Positions 1-10,247 of a stretch of DNA of 56,754 bases are shown here, in pieces. The stretch lies in assembly GCA_031284605.1 (NCBI GenBank), contig JAITXV010000114.1:1-56754 (forward strand), in the 5' to 3' direction. The stretch's first letter is position 1. The number at the start of each line of letters is the position of its first letter. The notes under the pieces are model-generated. The model was given only the letters and a program-made list of their open reading frames with translations, was not told the DNA's origin and searched no databases. This stretch comes from Acholeplasmatales bacterium (GTDB taxonomy: Bacteria > Bacillota_I > Bacilli_A > Acholeplasmatales > Acholeplasmataceae). Made by a program: the position numbers and the translations under genes.

Positions 1-1088
1 CCATTTTTTATTTAACTGTCTTGAAATGTTTGCTTGAACGCTAACAATTTTATTAAATCTTTCATCTATTACAAAACTATCAACTTTATTAGTATAATCA
101 TAAGATGCTGTATTTTCTTCGCTAGAATATTTAAAAACACCTAACTTATCAAATTTATATTCGCTAATGAAATTTACTAAATCTTCAAAGTCACTCTCTG
201 TTTCACCAGGAAAACCAACTATTACAGTAGTTCTTAAAGTGGAGATAGGAAAATAGTTTCTAATATTAGTTATTAGTTCAATCAAGTCTTGTTTATTATG
301 GTTTCTTTTCATTAAATCTAATACATTATCAGATGAATGCTGGATTGGTATATCAAAATACGAGCAAATATTATATTTTTTAATTGTTTCTAATAACTCT
401 ATTGTGATTTCTTTTGGATAACCATATAAAAAACGTATATAATTAAATTTAGTAGACAAAGATAACTCTTTTAACAAAGAAGAAAGATTATATCCATTAT
501 TATAATAACTAGTGGTGTCTTGAGCAATCAATATTAGTTCATTAATTCCAGATTCTTCAATTTTTTTAGCTTCTAACAAAATATCGCTATAGTTCTTACA
601 AACTTGTTTACCTTTTATAAGAGGGATTGCGCAATATGCGCAAGTATGATTACATCCATCTGCTATCTTTAAATATGAATAATTTTTATAAGTATCAATA
701 AAACGATTGTTATAATCGAAATTTTTATTAGTAATGCTAAAATTAAAATTAACTTCAAATAAATTACTAAAAGCTGAATAATCATCTAGTGGGATAAACA
801 AATCTACTTCACTAAGTTCTTGTTTTAATTCTTTTAAATATCTTGTTACCATACACCCTGTAACAATAATTTTGCATGATGTTTCATTTTTAATTGAGAT
901 AACATCTAATATATTATCAATAGCTTCTCTTTTAGCATCTTCAATAAAGCCACAAGTGTTTACTAAAATGATATCTGCTTCGTATAAATCACTAACTATT
1001 TCTATTCCATTATTAATAAATAAACCTAACATAATGTCAGTGTCATAAGTATTTTTTGCACATCCTAAACTAATAATTCCAATTTTCA
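1..1088 (-). CDS. rimO: RimO-like radical-SAM methylthiotransferase (N-terminal ~362 aa; ORF runs off the left edge)
   Basis: Not in the ORF track because it is open at the window edge. My minus-strand translation from ATG 1088..1086 reads MKIGIISLGCAKNTYDTDIMLG...LVNTCGFIEDAKREAI...KIADGCNHTCAYCAIPLIKGK (CxxxCxxC radical-SAM cluster)...VGFPGETESDFEDL. The frame is still open at position 1. Confidence 0.7.
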
Positions 1089-1186
1089 TATATTAATTAT
1101 ACCAAAATATTTGCTTTTTTTAGCATAATTACTAATATTATGTCGTATAATATACATAGTATATAGAAAAAGGGGATAAATATACA

Positions 1187-1669
1187 ATGAACAAAATGAT
1201 ATATCCTGGAAGTTTTGATCCAATTACAAATGGACATTTAGAAATAATTGAAAGAGCTAGTAAATTATGTGATGAATTGATAGTATTAATATCACATAAT
1301 ATTAATAAAAAAAGCATTTTTAATAAAGAAGAAAGAATTGAACTAATAGCATTATCTACTTCTCACCTTAAAAACATCAAAATAGATTACACTGAAGAAT
1401 TATTGGTTACTTATGCTAAAAAAAATAATTGTAATGTAATTATAAAAGGTTTTAGAACTTTTAATGATTATGAATATGAATACGCTATGGCTACATATAA
1501 CAATGCTTTGTGGGATAAAATAGAAACATTAGTAATGTTTCCTAGTCTAAAAAATCAGTTTGTATCTAGTACTAACGTAAAAGAATTGGCTATGTTTAAA
1601 GCAGATATTAGTGCTTATGTTCCAAGCGTTATAGTAGACAAAATAACTAAGAAAATAAATAAAAAATAG
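1187..1669 (+). CDS. coaD: Phosphopantetheine adenylyltransferase
   Basis: 160 aa. YPGSFDPITNGHLEIIERA carries the nucleotidyltransferase HxGH motif, and the size is typical for CoaD. A purine-rich SD (AAAGGGGA) lies upstream. Confidence 0.9.
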   Translation: MNKMIYPGSFDPITNGHLEIIERASKLCDELIVLISHNINKKSIFNKEERIELIALSTSHLKNIKIDYTEELLVTYAKKNNCNVIIKGFRTFNDYEYEYAMATYNNALWDKIETLVMFPSLKNQFVSSTNVKELAMFKADISAYVPSVIVDKITKKINKK

Positions 1670-1670
1670 A

Positions 1671-2423
1671 TTAAATCAAATTATTTTTAACAAATGCCTC
1701 ATATAGTAGGTCTTCTTTTTCGACAACTATAGAAGCAATCCGTTTTAATAGTTTAGAAGAAGATGAATAAGTAATTGAAACGTTTGCTTTTTTTAACATA
1801 TCATAATCATTATCTCCATCTCCTACAGATATTAAAATAGATGATTCATCTTCTAAAGAATTTAAAAAATTACCTTTAGAGGTATTAGGAGGTAATATAT
1901 GACATCCTCCAAGTCTCCAAGAAAACTTAACAACGTCTTTTATATCGTCAAAATATTTATCATCTGTTATTATACTCATTGAATATATTTTTTTATTAAT
2001 AATATTTTTTATATCATCAATAATTACCGCATGATCTAACTTGTGTGTTTCTACATTAGGTATTAAATCTTTTACAAATAAAAGATAACTAAGGGTAGAG
2101 TACCCTGCTGCTATCTTATGGCTATAACAATACTCTACTATTTCTTGGAGCTTTTGTTTATTAAAATAATTTTCATAGACCTTTTTATTTTTATGATAAA
2201 CAAGTGAACCATTCAAATATATAAAATATGAAAAATACTTTTTAATACTTTTATAAGTACTGTTATCAGTTTTCGCTCTTCCTGTTGCTAATACTAAAAT
2301 ATTGTTTTCATCTTTACTTAATAGTTTCAATAATTTTAGAGTACTAGGGTAAACAAAATATTCAATTTCATTTTTCCTAAATAATATAGTAGAATCTAGG
2401 TCAAAACAGTAAATTTTACTCAT
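1671..2423 (-). CDS. Cof-type HAD-IIB phosphatase
   Basis: HAD motif I FDLDSTIL is near the N-terminus and motif IV GDGDNDYDML is near the C-terminus. 250 aa. Confidence 0.8.
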   Translation of the reverse strand: MSKIYCFDLDSTILFRKNEIEYFVYPSTLKLLKLLSKDENNILVLATGRAKTDNSTYKSIKKYFSYFIYLNGSLVYHKNKKVYENYFNKQKLQEIVEYCYSHKIAAGYSTLSYLLFVKDLIPNVETHKLDHAVIIDDIKNIINKKIYSMSIITDDKYFDDIKDVVKFSWRLGGCHILPPNTSKGNFLNSLEDESSILISVGDGDNDYDMLKKANVSITYSSSSKLLKRIASIVVEKEDLLYEAFVKNNLI

Positions 2424-2597
2424 ACAAACTTCCTTTTTTATTTATATATATATTTATTATAATATTTTTTTATTTTTTTGATATAATATTAATAAATATA
2501 GCGCAATATAGTAACAAAGTAGTGTAAGTCAAAATTCATACATTATAGAAAATTATTTTTTTGTGTTAAAATTAATATATTAAAAAAAGAGGTAAAG

Positions 2598-4322
2598 ATG
2601 GAAAACAATAATTCAAGCATTAAAATAATAGCACTTGGCGGTTTAGGAGAAGTTGGTAAAAATACTTATGTCTACGAAATAAATAATAAAATTTTTTTAG
2701 TAGATGCTGGTATCTTATTCCCAGACGATTCTCTACTAGGAATCGACTATGTAATACCTGATTATACATACTTAGTTGAAAACGAACAAAAGATAGTAGG
2801 ACTGTTCATTACACACGGACATGAAGATCATATTGGAGGAATTCCTTTTTTACTTAAAAAAGTTAAAATACCTCGCATTTATGCAAGTGGAATAGCAGTA
2901 GATTTAATTGAATATAAATTTCAAGAACATACTGAAATAATATCTCCTGAAATTTGTGAGTTTAAAAGTGCCGATGTATTTACATTTGATGATATAAAAG
3001 TATCTTTTATTAGATTAAACCATTCAATACCTGATATGTTTGGTATAGTAATCCACACTGATTTAGGACCTATATTCCATACAGGAGACTTTAAAATAGA
3101 TTTTACTCCAGTTGGACCACACGCTGAATATCATAAACTAACTACTTTAGCAGAAAATGGATGCTTATGCTTACTTTCTGATAGTACAAATGCAGAAGTA
3201 ACTACATCTATTCCATCAGAAAGTAAAATAGGAAATTCTATAAGAGAATTATTTTCTAAAATAACTCAAAGAATTATTATAGTAACATTTGCATCTAATA
3301 TTTATAGAATAGAACAAATAATAAACGCTACTGTTGAAAGCGGAAGAAAAATAGCGGTATTTGGTAGAAGTATGGAAAAAGCAATAGAAGCAGGATTAGA
3401 AGCAGGATATATAAAAATGCCTAAAGACACAATGATTTCTAATAATAGTATTGAATCTATTGATAGTAGTAAGATAGTACTATTATGTACTGGTTCACAA
3501 GGTGAACCATTAGCAGCTTTATCAAGAATAGCAAGTGGAAACCATAAATATATTAAAGCAATGCCTGGAGATACTGTAATATTCTCTTCAAGCCCAATTC
3601 CTGGTAACCAAGAAGGAATTAACAAAACAATCAATAAATTATTTCAAAAAGGATTGAATGTTATTGTTAATAGTATAATAGCAGATACTCATGCTAGTGG
3701 ACATGGTAGCCAAAATGACTTAAAAATGATGATTAACTTAGTAAAACCTAAATATTTCATTCCAGTTCACGGAGAACATAGAATGTTAAAAACTCATAAA
3801 GATTTAGCTATTGATTGCGGGGTTGAAGAACAAAACATTCTTATTATGGATAATGGTGAAGTTGCGGTAATAGATGAAGAAGGAATTAGAAAAAATGGAA
3901 CTGTAGCTAGCGGAGATATTTATATAGATGGTAATGGAATCGGTGATATCGGTAGTAAAGTTATAAATGAAAGAAAATTATTATCAGAAGAAGGAATATT
4001 TGTTATTAGTTTGGCTATTGAAGCTACTACTAAAAAATTATTATTAGAACCTTCAATAGTTTCAAGAGGATTTATCCATATGAGAGGTTCTGTAGAATTA
4101 ACAACTGCTCTAGTAGAGTATATAAAAGAGATTGTTTATCAAGAGTTAGATAGAGATATATTATATGCTCCTTTATTACTAAAAAAGAAAGTTGAAGATG
4201 AATTATCTAAAAAAATATATACAATTACTTTAAGAAAGCCTTTAGTTATTGTAGTTTTGACAGAAATAGACAGTATTGACAATGTATTACCAGAAAATGG
4301 TAAAATAGATAGCGAGGTGTAA
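2598..4322 (+). CDS. rnj: Ribonuclease J
   Basis: 574 aa. The N-terminus is IKIIALGGLGEVGKN, with metallo-beta-lactamase motif HGHEDHIGG and a beta-CASP region (HASGH). SD AAGAGG lies upstream. Confidence 0.9.
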   Translation: MENNNSSIKIIALGGLGEVGKNTYVYEINNKIFLVDAGILFPDDSLLGIDYVIPDYTYLVENEQKIVGLFITHGHEDHIGGIPFLLKKVKIPRIYASGIAVDLIEYKFQEHTEIISPEICEFKSADVFTFDDIKVSFIRLNHSIPDMFGIVIHTDLGPIFHTGDFKIDFTPVGPHAEYHKLTTLAENGCLCLLSDSTNAEVTTSIPSESKIGNSIRELFSKITQRIIIVTFASNIYRIEQIINATVESGRKIAVFGRSMEKAIEAGLEAGYIKMPKDTMISNNSIESIDSSKIVLLCTGSQGEPLAALSRIASGNHKYIKAMPGDTVIFSSSPIPGNQEGINKTINKLFQKGLNVIVNSIIADTHASGHGSQNDLKMMINLVKPKYFIPVHGEHRMLKTHKDLAIDCGVEEQNILIMDNGEVAVIDEEGIRKNGTVASGDIYIDGNGIGDIGSKVINERKLLSEEGIFVISLAIEATTKKLLLEPSIVSRGFIHMRGSVELTTALVEYIKEIVYQELDRDILYAPLLLKKKVEDELSKKIYTITLRKPLVIVVLTEIDSIDNVLPENGKIDSEV

Positions 4323-4325
4323 AAA

Positions 4326-5720
4326 ATGAATAATTTGAAATTAAATAAAAGAAATACGTTTTTAATAGGTTTAGCTTTCTTCGCTACTCTTATGTTGTGG
4401 CAAATTTATAATAACTATTGCCCTTTAATATTAGATTTATTATTAAAATCTAAATATGGCGCTGATTATGATACTGAATTTATTGTAGGGGTTATTATGG
4501 CTATGGATAACGTTGTAGCGTTAATACTAATGCCAATAATAGGTATGTTAAGTGATAAAACTAAATCTCGTTTTGGTAAAAGGATGCCTTATATTTTAGT
4601 AGGTATGTTACTTACAGGTGTAGTATTTCCATTTATAGCTGTTGCGTTTATTCTTAATAGTTTAACAGGAGTTATTATTTTTATGGCTTTGGTCTTAGTA
4701 ATTATGACTTGTTATAGAAACCCAGTAGTAGCTTTAATGCCTGATGTAACTCCTAAACCACTAAGAAGTTTAGCTAATGGTATTATTAACTTAGTTGGAT
4801 ATATAGGTGCTATCTTAGCAGCAGTTATGGGAATGATATGGTCATTTAAAGGTGATAACGGAGAAATCATATTATCAAGAGGACAAGAAGTAGCTATTTA
4901 TCCATTCGCTATCACAAGTGCTTTTATATTAGTTCTTATGGTTATTTTAGGAATAAGAATTAATGAAAATAAATTAGTGGCTGATGCACTTGCTAGTATA
5001 ACCGAAGGTGAAAAAAAGGCAGATACTTTCACAAATGTAGAAACTACTAAATTATCTAAAAAAGATAAAGCTAATTTATTTGTTCTATTAGGAAGCGTGT
5101 TCTTATGGTTTATGGCTTTTAATGCTGTTGAAACATTTAATAGTACCTTTACTACTAAAATACTAGGTAGCTCAGGTATTGCATCTACTGGGGTAATGAT
5201 ATTAACTGGGGCGAGTATATTAACTTTTATGCTATTATCGCCTTTAGCTAGTAAAATAGGTAGAAAAATGGTAGTAATAATTGGTCTAATAGCTTTAATA
5301 TTTGGATTTGGAGTAATAGCTATTGGAACTTATGCATTCCCTGGTGGAATACTAACAGTGCTAATGTATGTATCATGTGCTATATTAGGATTTGGTTGGG
5401 CACTAATTAATATTAATTCATACCCAATGGTAGTTGAATTATCTAACAAAGGAAATGTTGGTAAATTTACTGGTTATTACTATATTGGTAGTATGCTAGC
5501 TCAAAGTATAACTCCTATATTGTTAGGGTTAATAATTAAACTTACTAATTCTGGAACAAATGGAACTAACAATAATAATATTAAATTCTTATATCCTTAT
5601 GCTTGTATATTTGCTATAGGAGCACTAATATTGTTCTTATTTGTTAAATCAAGATTTGTAAAAGGAAAAATTCAAACTAAAAAAGGAATAGAAGCTTTAG
5701 GAGACCCTGAAGATAATTAA
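4326..5720 (+). CDS. MFS/GPH-type cation symporter (sugar/glycoside transporter-like)
   Basis: 464 aa with about 12 hydrophobic segments. The loop motif SDKTKSRFGKRMPYIL is typical of GPH/SLC45-like MFS carriers. Substrate unknown. Confidence 0.65.
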   Translation: MNNLKLNKRNTFLIGLAFFATLMLWQIYNNYCPLILDLLLKSKYGADYDTEFIVGVIMAMDNVVALILMPIIGMLSDKTKSRFGKRMPYILVGMLLTGVVFPFIAVAFILNSLTGVIIFMALVLVIMTCYRNPVVALMPDVTPKPLRSLANGIINLVGYIGAILAAVMGMIWSFKGDNGEIILSRGQEVAIYPFAITSAFILVLMVILGIRINENKLVADALASITEGEKKADTFTNVETTKLSKKDKANLFVLLGSVFLWFMAFNAVETFNSTFTTKILGSSGIASTGVMILTGASILTFMLLSPLASKIGRKMVVIIGLIALIFGFGVIAIGTYAFPGGILTVLMYVSCAILGFGWALININSYPMVVELSNKGNVGKFTGYYYIGSMLAQSITPILLGLIIKLTNSGTNGTNNNNIKFLYPYACIFAIGALILFLFVKSRFVKGKIQTKKGIEALGDPEDN

Positions 5721-5731
5721 TAATAATAAAA

Positions 5732-5761
5732 AACAGTGTGGATACCACACTGTTTTTTTAT
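5732..5761. terminator. Bidirectional rho-independent terminator between convergent genes
   Basis: Perfect 10-bp stem AACAGTGTGG / CCACACTGTT with loop ATAC, flanked by an A-run and a T-run. Confidence 0.8.
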
Positions 5762-6600
5762 CTTTTATTGTCTTCTAACCTTTTAATAAATGAAAATAAT
5801 ACTTCTTTAGTTTTATAAGCATCATTAAAAGCATTATGGTCTTGTACTTCTTCGTTCTCATAATACATACAATAAGCTTTGTATAGTCCTATATCATCTT
5901 TTAATCCGTATGCATTTTTATGTAGTTGTAATAAATTAATAAAATCAAAATCATTAGTTACAGGTTCCACATTGTTAATTTTATAACTATAATTAATATT
6001 TATTTTATCATTTCTTCCCCAAGTGATTATTTTAGGATGATAAGTTTCCATTATTTCTTTTAAATCATTATAAAATTTTTCATAATCTCTAGCATTTCCG
6101 TAATACTCATCTTTTGTAGTACTAATAAATTTAAATATTCTCTCATTTCCAACTATTTTAGATTTAGGAAGGATATACATGTTGTCTTGTTTAAGTGTTA
6201 CACCATTGCTATCTGTAAGTAAGTAACCTACTTGAATAATCTCTGCAATAAATTTTTTTTGCTTAAAACCTGCCATAGTACATTCAAAATCAATTACTAA
6301 AAAATTGTTTATACCTTTTAAAAATACTAGCATATCTCCTAAAAGTTTATTAACATCAAATAATACCTTTTTTGGTGGCATAACTATTTTAGTAATGTTT
6401 TCTACCTGATGATAAGTTTTTTTATCAATTATTTTAGTAGTAGGAGCAATTTCAAATTCTAATAAATAACCATTTTTTAAGGTGTTACCAAAAATAGTAA
6501 CTAAATACTTCCTTAAATAAAAATAACTTTTAACTCCAGCACTAAACACCCCGAATGTCTGTGCTTTTTGATTGTAATCTTCAATAATACCTTTAATCAT
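5758..6600 (-). CDS. DEDDh 3'-5' exonuclease (KapD/ERI-1-like) with an extra ~90-aa N-terminal domain
   Basis: Exo motifs are VIDFECT, EIIQVG and HNAFNDAY. It overlaps the uvrC stop by 8 nt, which implies the same operon. Confidence 0.7.
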   Translation of the reverse strand: MIKGIIEDYNQKAQTFGVFSAGVKSYFYLRKYLVTIFGNTLKNGYLLEFEIAPTTKIIDKKTYHQVENITKIVMPPKKVLFDVNKLLGDMLVFLKGINNFLVIDFECTMAGFKQKKFIAEIIQVGYLLTDSNGVTLKQDNMYILPKSKIVGNERIFKFISTTKDEYYGNARDYEKFYNDLKEIMETYHPKIITWGRNDKININYSYKINNVEPVTNDFDFINLLQLHKNAYGLKDDIGLYKAYCMYYENEEVQDHNAFNDAYKTKEVLFSFIKRLEDNKR

Positions 6601-8341
6601 AATATTTTAAGCTTTCTTTTAAATTATTTGCGGTCTTTTTATCTATACCAAAATTAACCAACTCTTCTATTGTAGCATTTTTTATTTCAGTTATGCTAGA
6701 AAAATGTTTTAAAAGTAGATTTTTTTTAACTTTTCCAACTCCGTCAACTTTTTCTAAAACAGACATGAAAGAAGATTTTGTATGAGTTTTCCTATGAAAA
6801 GTTATAGAAAATCTATGTACTTCTTCACTTATTGATAAAAGAAATTTAAATAAATCATCATTTTTATCAATATTTATCTCTTTTTCATTATAATAAAGTC
6901 CCCTTAACTTGTGATTATCATTTTTTATTAATCCAGCAACAATTATATCTAAATTTAAACTTTTAATTATTTGGGTAGCAGCGTGCACTTGAATTTGGCC
7001 TCCATCTACAAGTAATAAATCAGGCATCTTCTTATTTTCACAAAGTAGTCTATAGTAACGTCTGTAAACAACTTCTTTCATCGAATCATAATCACTAGAT
7101 GTACTAGTTTTTAAATGATATTTTCTATATTCTTTCCTATTAAATTGATAATCTTCAAATTTAATAAGTCCTGCTATAGGATCACTTCCAAATAAATGAG
7201 AGTTATCTACTGATTCAATAGAAACAATTTCTTTTCCAAAAATATCTTCTAATTCTTTAAGTGCTCTATATAAATATTCGTTTTTATGTTGATATAAAAG
7301 ATAATAGTTTTTTAAGTTTTCAGTAGCGTTTCTTATTGACATATCTACTATTTTCTTTTTATCTCCTATTTTAACTATTTTAGCCTTAGAAGAAAACAAT
7401 TGTTCTATATCTAAAATATCAAATTGTTCACTAAAAACTAATTCATCTAAGTGGTTAATTTTATTTTCATAATATAGTGCTAGGTAAGTTAGCAATTCTT
7501 CTTTGTAATCTTTAATATATGAAAATACTATTTGATAATTATCAATTATATGACCACTCACCATATTAACAATATTTAAAGATAATATATTTTCGTTATA
7601 ATCATAGCCAATAAAATCTCTTGTCTTATTATCGTTTATGTTTATTACTTGTTTTTGGGTAGTATTTTTAAGTTCTTTAACTAAATCTCTGTACTCTTTA
7701 GCTTTTTCAAAATCTAAGTTCTCACTAGATTCATACATCTTTTTTTCTATCTCACTAATTAAAGAAAGAGAATCTCCTTTTAGAAATTTTGTTACCTCAG
7801 AAATTAAAACGGTATAATCAATGTTTTTATTAACACAAGGTGCTAAACATTCATTTATATGATAATACAAACACTCCTTTTTTGGTATTTTATTACATTT
7901 TCTAAATGGATATATTTTATTTAAAATATAAGCAGTTTGTTTAGCACTATAGCTAGAAGGGTACGGTCCAAAATACTTAGCATCAACATTGTCTTCTCTT
8001 GAAACTATGAGTCTTGGGTAGGGTTCATTAGTTAATATAATATACGGATAAGTTTTATCATCCATAAGTAATATATTATATTTTGGTTTATATTGCTTAA
8101 TTAAATTTAGTTCTAAAATCAATGATTCATTTTCAGTGGAAGTGACAATAAAATGAAAATCAGTAATATCTGAAACCATATTAGTTGTTTTTTGGTTGTG
8201 AGCTCCAACAAAATAACTTTTAACTCTATTTTTTAAATTTTTAGCTTTTCCTACATAAATTACTTTTTGGTTGTGCTCCATCAAGTAACACCCAGGTTTT
8301 TCTGGTAATGTTTGGATTCTTAATTCTATATTGTTATCCAT
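6593..8341 (-). CDS. uvrC: Excinuclease ABC subunit C
   Basis: 582 aa. GIY-YIG N-terminus (GCYLMEHNQKVIYVGKAKNLKNRVKSY), a UVR-like segment (FEKAKEYRD) and a C-terminal HhH region. Confidence 0.92.
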   Translation of the reverse strand: MDNNIELRIQTLPEKPGCYLMEHNQKVIYVGKAKNLKNRVKSYFVGAHNQKTTNMVSDITDFHFIVTSTENESLILELNLIKQYKPKYNILLMDDKTYPYIILTNEPYPRLIVSREDNVDAKYFGPYPSSYSAKQTAYILNKIYPFRKCNKIPKKECLYYHINECLAPCVNKNIDYTVLISEVTKFLKGDSLSLISEIEKKMYESSENLDFEKAKEYRDLVKELKNTTQKQVININDNKTRDFIGYDYNENILSLNIVNMVSGHIIDNYQIVFSYIKDYKEELLTYLALYYENKINHLDELVFSEQFDILDIEQLFSSKAKIVKIGDKKKIVDMSIRNATENLKNYYLLYQHKNEYLYRALKELEDIFGKEIVSIESVDNSHLFGSDPIAGLIKFEDYQFNRKEYRKYHLKTSTSSDYDSMKEVVYRRYYRLLCENKKMPDLLLVDGGQIQVHAATQIIKSLNLDIIVAGLIKNDNHKLRGLYYNEKEINIDKNDDLFKFLLSISEEVHRFSITFHRKTHTKSSFMSVLEKVDGVGKVKKNLLLKHFSSITEIKNATIEELVNFGIDKKTANNLKESLKYYD

Positions 8342-9710
8342 TGTATTCTTTATAAACCATTTCTATATGTGGTATACCTTCAATTTCAAAAACATCTCCT
8401 TCTTTTACAAAACCATACTTTAGATAAAAATCTAAAAGATAACTTTGAGCATGTATACGAAGTTTTTCTTCGGGATATTCTTTTATAAAATATTCAAGCG
8501 CAGCTTCTAATATTAAAGAACCTATACCTTTATTTTGATATTCCTTCAAGACACAAAATCTTCCAAAACAATAAGCATCCTCAAAGACTTTAGTTTTTGG
8601 AATTAATCTTAAAGTTCCAACTATTTTGTCAGTAGTTTTATCTTTATAAAAAATAAAAGTTGATTCAGGATCAAGAAAATCAGTATCTACGTAATATATC
8701 TGCTGGTCAACCACAAAAACATTATTTCTTACATTCAATATTTCATATATCTCACTAGGTTTTAAAAGATTAAATTTTTTAATAGTAACATCAATATTAT
8801 ATTTTTCTTCTTTTGATGATAACTCTCTAATAATACTCTCATCTTCGCTAGTAACATCAATATAAGTAAATCCTTCAGGTTTTACTAAAAAGTTTTGTGC
8901 TTCTGAAAAGTTATCTTGATGAAATATATTAAGATTAGAAAGTTTATTTAACATATGCATAGCAGTAAAATATCCTAATCTTTCAACTCTTTTCTTATAA
9001 TTTTTGTCAAATTTAACTGAATCAATTAAATCTACTACAAAAAGTTTCGCAAATGTATTTGGAAGTAAAAAATTAATATATAAAATATTATGTTCTTTAT
9101 ACTTTTTAATATCAAATCTCTCATCTAAAGGGATACCAAAAATAATATCACACCCTTCGTCTAATAGCGGGTCTAATGGATAATTATCTAATAAACCTCC
9201 ATCTACATAAAACTCTCCATCTAACTCGGTAGTTCCAAATGCAATTGGAATAGAAGCGCTTGCGATGGTAGCGGTAAATGGATCATGAAAATCATTTAAT
9301 AAAAATACTTCTTTTACCATATGTTTAGGGTTTAATTGATTTAAAAAAGTAGAAGGTCCTTTAACTATTTTTGAGGCAGTTGCGTATCCTTTTATAGGAG
9401 ATGAAAATATTTTTTCAACTTTTAAATATTTTAATAGTACATTTTTAATATTATCTAAATCATAAATTCCTTTTAAATCATCTCTTGCACTTGAATATAC
9501 TATTTCATTATCAATTTTTGTCCACATATCAGCTATAGGCTTATATTTCCTAGTAGCCATAAGCATACAAGTGTTAACAGCACCAACGCTTGTTCCACTA
9601 GAAACTTCAATTTTATCTAAAAGACCATAACTATCAAGGGCTTTAATAACCCCAACTTGATAAGCTCCTTTAGCTCCTCCTCCGCCAAGCATAATTCCTA
9701 TTTTTGACAT
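8334..9710 (-). CDS. Patatin-like phospholipase fused to a C-terminal GNAT acetyltransferase domain
   Basis: The patatin domain has the GGGGAKGAYQVG oxyanion loop, GTSVG (GxSxG nucleophile) and the DGGLLDNYP catalytic Asp. The C-terminal ~140 aa carry the GNAT acetyl-CoA loop QNKGIGSLILEAALEY. Confidence 0.75.
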   Translation of the reverse strand: MSKIGIMLGGGGAKGAYQVGVIKALDSYGLLDKIEVSSGTSVGAVNTCMLMATRKYKPIADMWTKIDNEIVYSSARDDLKGIYDLDNIKNVLLKYLKVEKIFSSPIKGYATASKIVKGPSTFLNQLNPKHMVKEVFLLNDFHDPFTATIASASIPIAFGTTELDGEFYVDGGLLDNYPLDPLLDEGCDIIFGIPLDERFDIKKYKEHNILYINFLLPNTFAKLFVVDLIDSVKFDKNYKKRVERLGYFTAMHMLNKLSNLNIFHQDNFSEAQNFLVKPEGFTYIDVTSEDESIIRELSSKEEKYNIDVTIKKFNLLKPSEIYEILNVRNNVFVVDQQIYYVDTDFLDPESTFIFYKDKTTDKIVGTLRLIPKTKVFEDAYCFGRFCVLKEYQNKGIGSLILEAALEYFIKEYPEEKLRIHAQSYLLDFYLKYGFVKEGDVFEIEGIPHIEMVYKEYNG

Positions 9711-9716
9711 ATTATC

Positions 9717-10163
9717 CTAAACACTCCTTTTCATAGCTTGTTTTATTTTCTTAATATCTTCTTTTTCTTTCAAATCATCTCTTTTATCGTGAAGTTGTTT
9801 ACCTTTAACTAGAGCTATTTCTAATTTAGCTAAACCAACAACAAAATACATTTTAAGTGGAATAATAGTATATCCTTGTTTTTCTTTGGCTTGTTTTAAC
9901 TTCCTTATTTGTGAACTATGGAGTAATAATTTTCTTTTTCTAGTTTCCACGTGGTTAAAAATAGAACTTTGTTCATATTTTGAAATATGCATATTAACTA
10001 TAAAAATTTCACCATCTTTTATAGTTACATAAGCATCATTAATATTCACTTTTCCACTTCTTACACTTTTTATTTCACTACCTTGAAGCTGGATTCCAGC
10101 TTCATAACTTTCTATAATGAAATAATTGTGGTAAGCAACTTTGTTTTGTACAATTATTTTCAT
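9717..10163 (-). CDS. smpB: SsrA-binding protein SmpB
   Basis: 148 aa. VAYHNYFI...GSEIKSVR...KRKLLLH and a basic C-terminal tail are typical of SmpB. Confidence 0.92.
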   Translation of the reverse strand: MKIIVQNKVAYHNYFIIESYEAGIQLQGSEIKSVRSGKVNINDAYVTIKDGEIFIVNMHISKYEQSSIFNHVETRKRKLLLHSSQIRKLKQAKEKQGYTIIPLKMYFVVGLAKLEIALVKGKQLHDKRDDLKEKEDIKKIKQAMKRSV

Positions 10164-10247
10164 ATTATTACCTCAATAACACTTTAATTATATCATATTT
10201 GATATAATAAATATGTATATAATTTTTTATCTAAAAGAGGGTGCGTT

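Noticed and set aside
3302-3634. 110-aa ORF antisense to rnj.
   Set aside because: It lies wholly inside the strongly supported RNase J gene on the opposite strand. The sequence is low-complexity and hydrophobic, typical of shadow ORFs in AT-rich DNA, and it has no SD.
9711-10247. tmRNA (ssrA) adjacent to smpB.
   Set aside because: The flanking intergenic regions are only 6 nt and 84 nt, and they lack a tRNA-Ala-like acceptor/T-arm or a tag reading frame.
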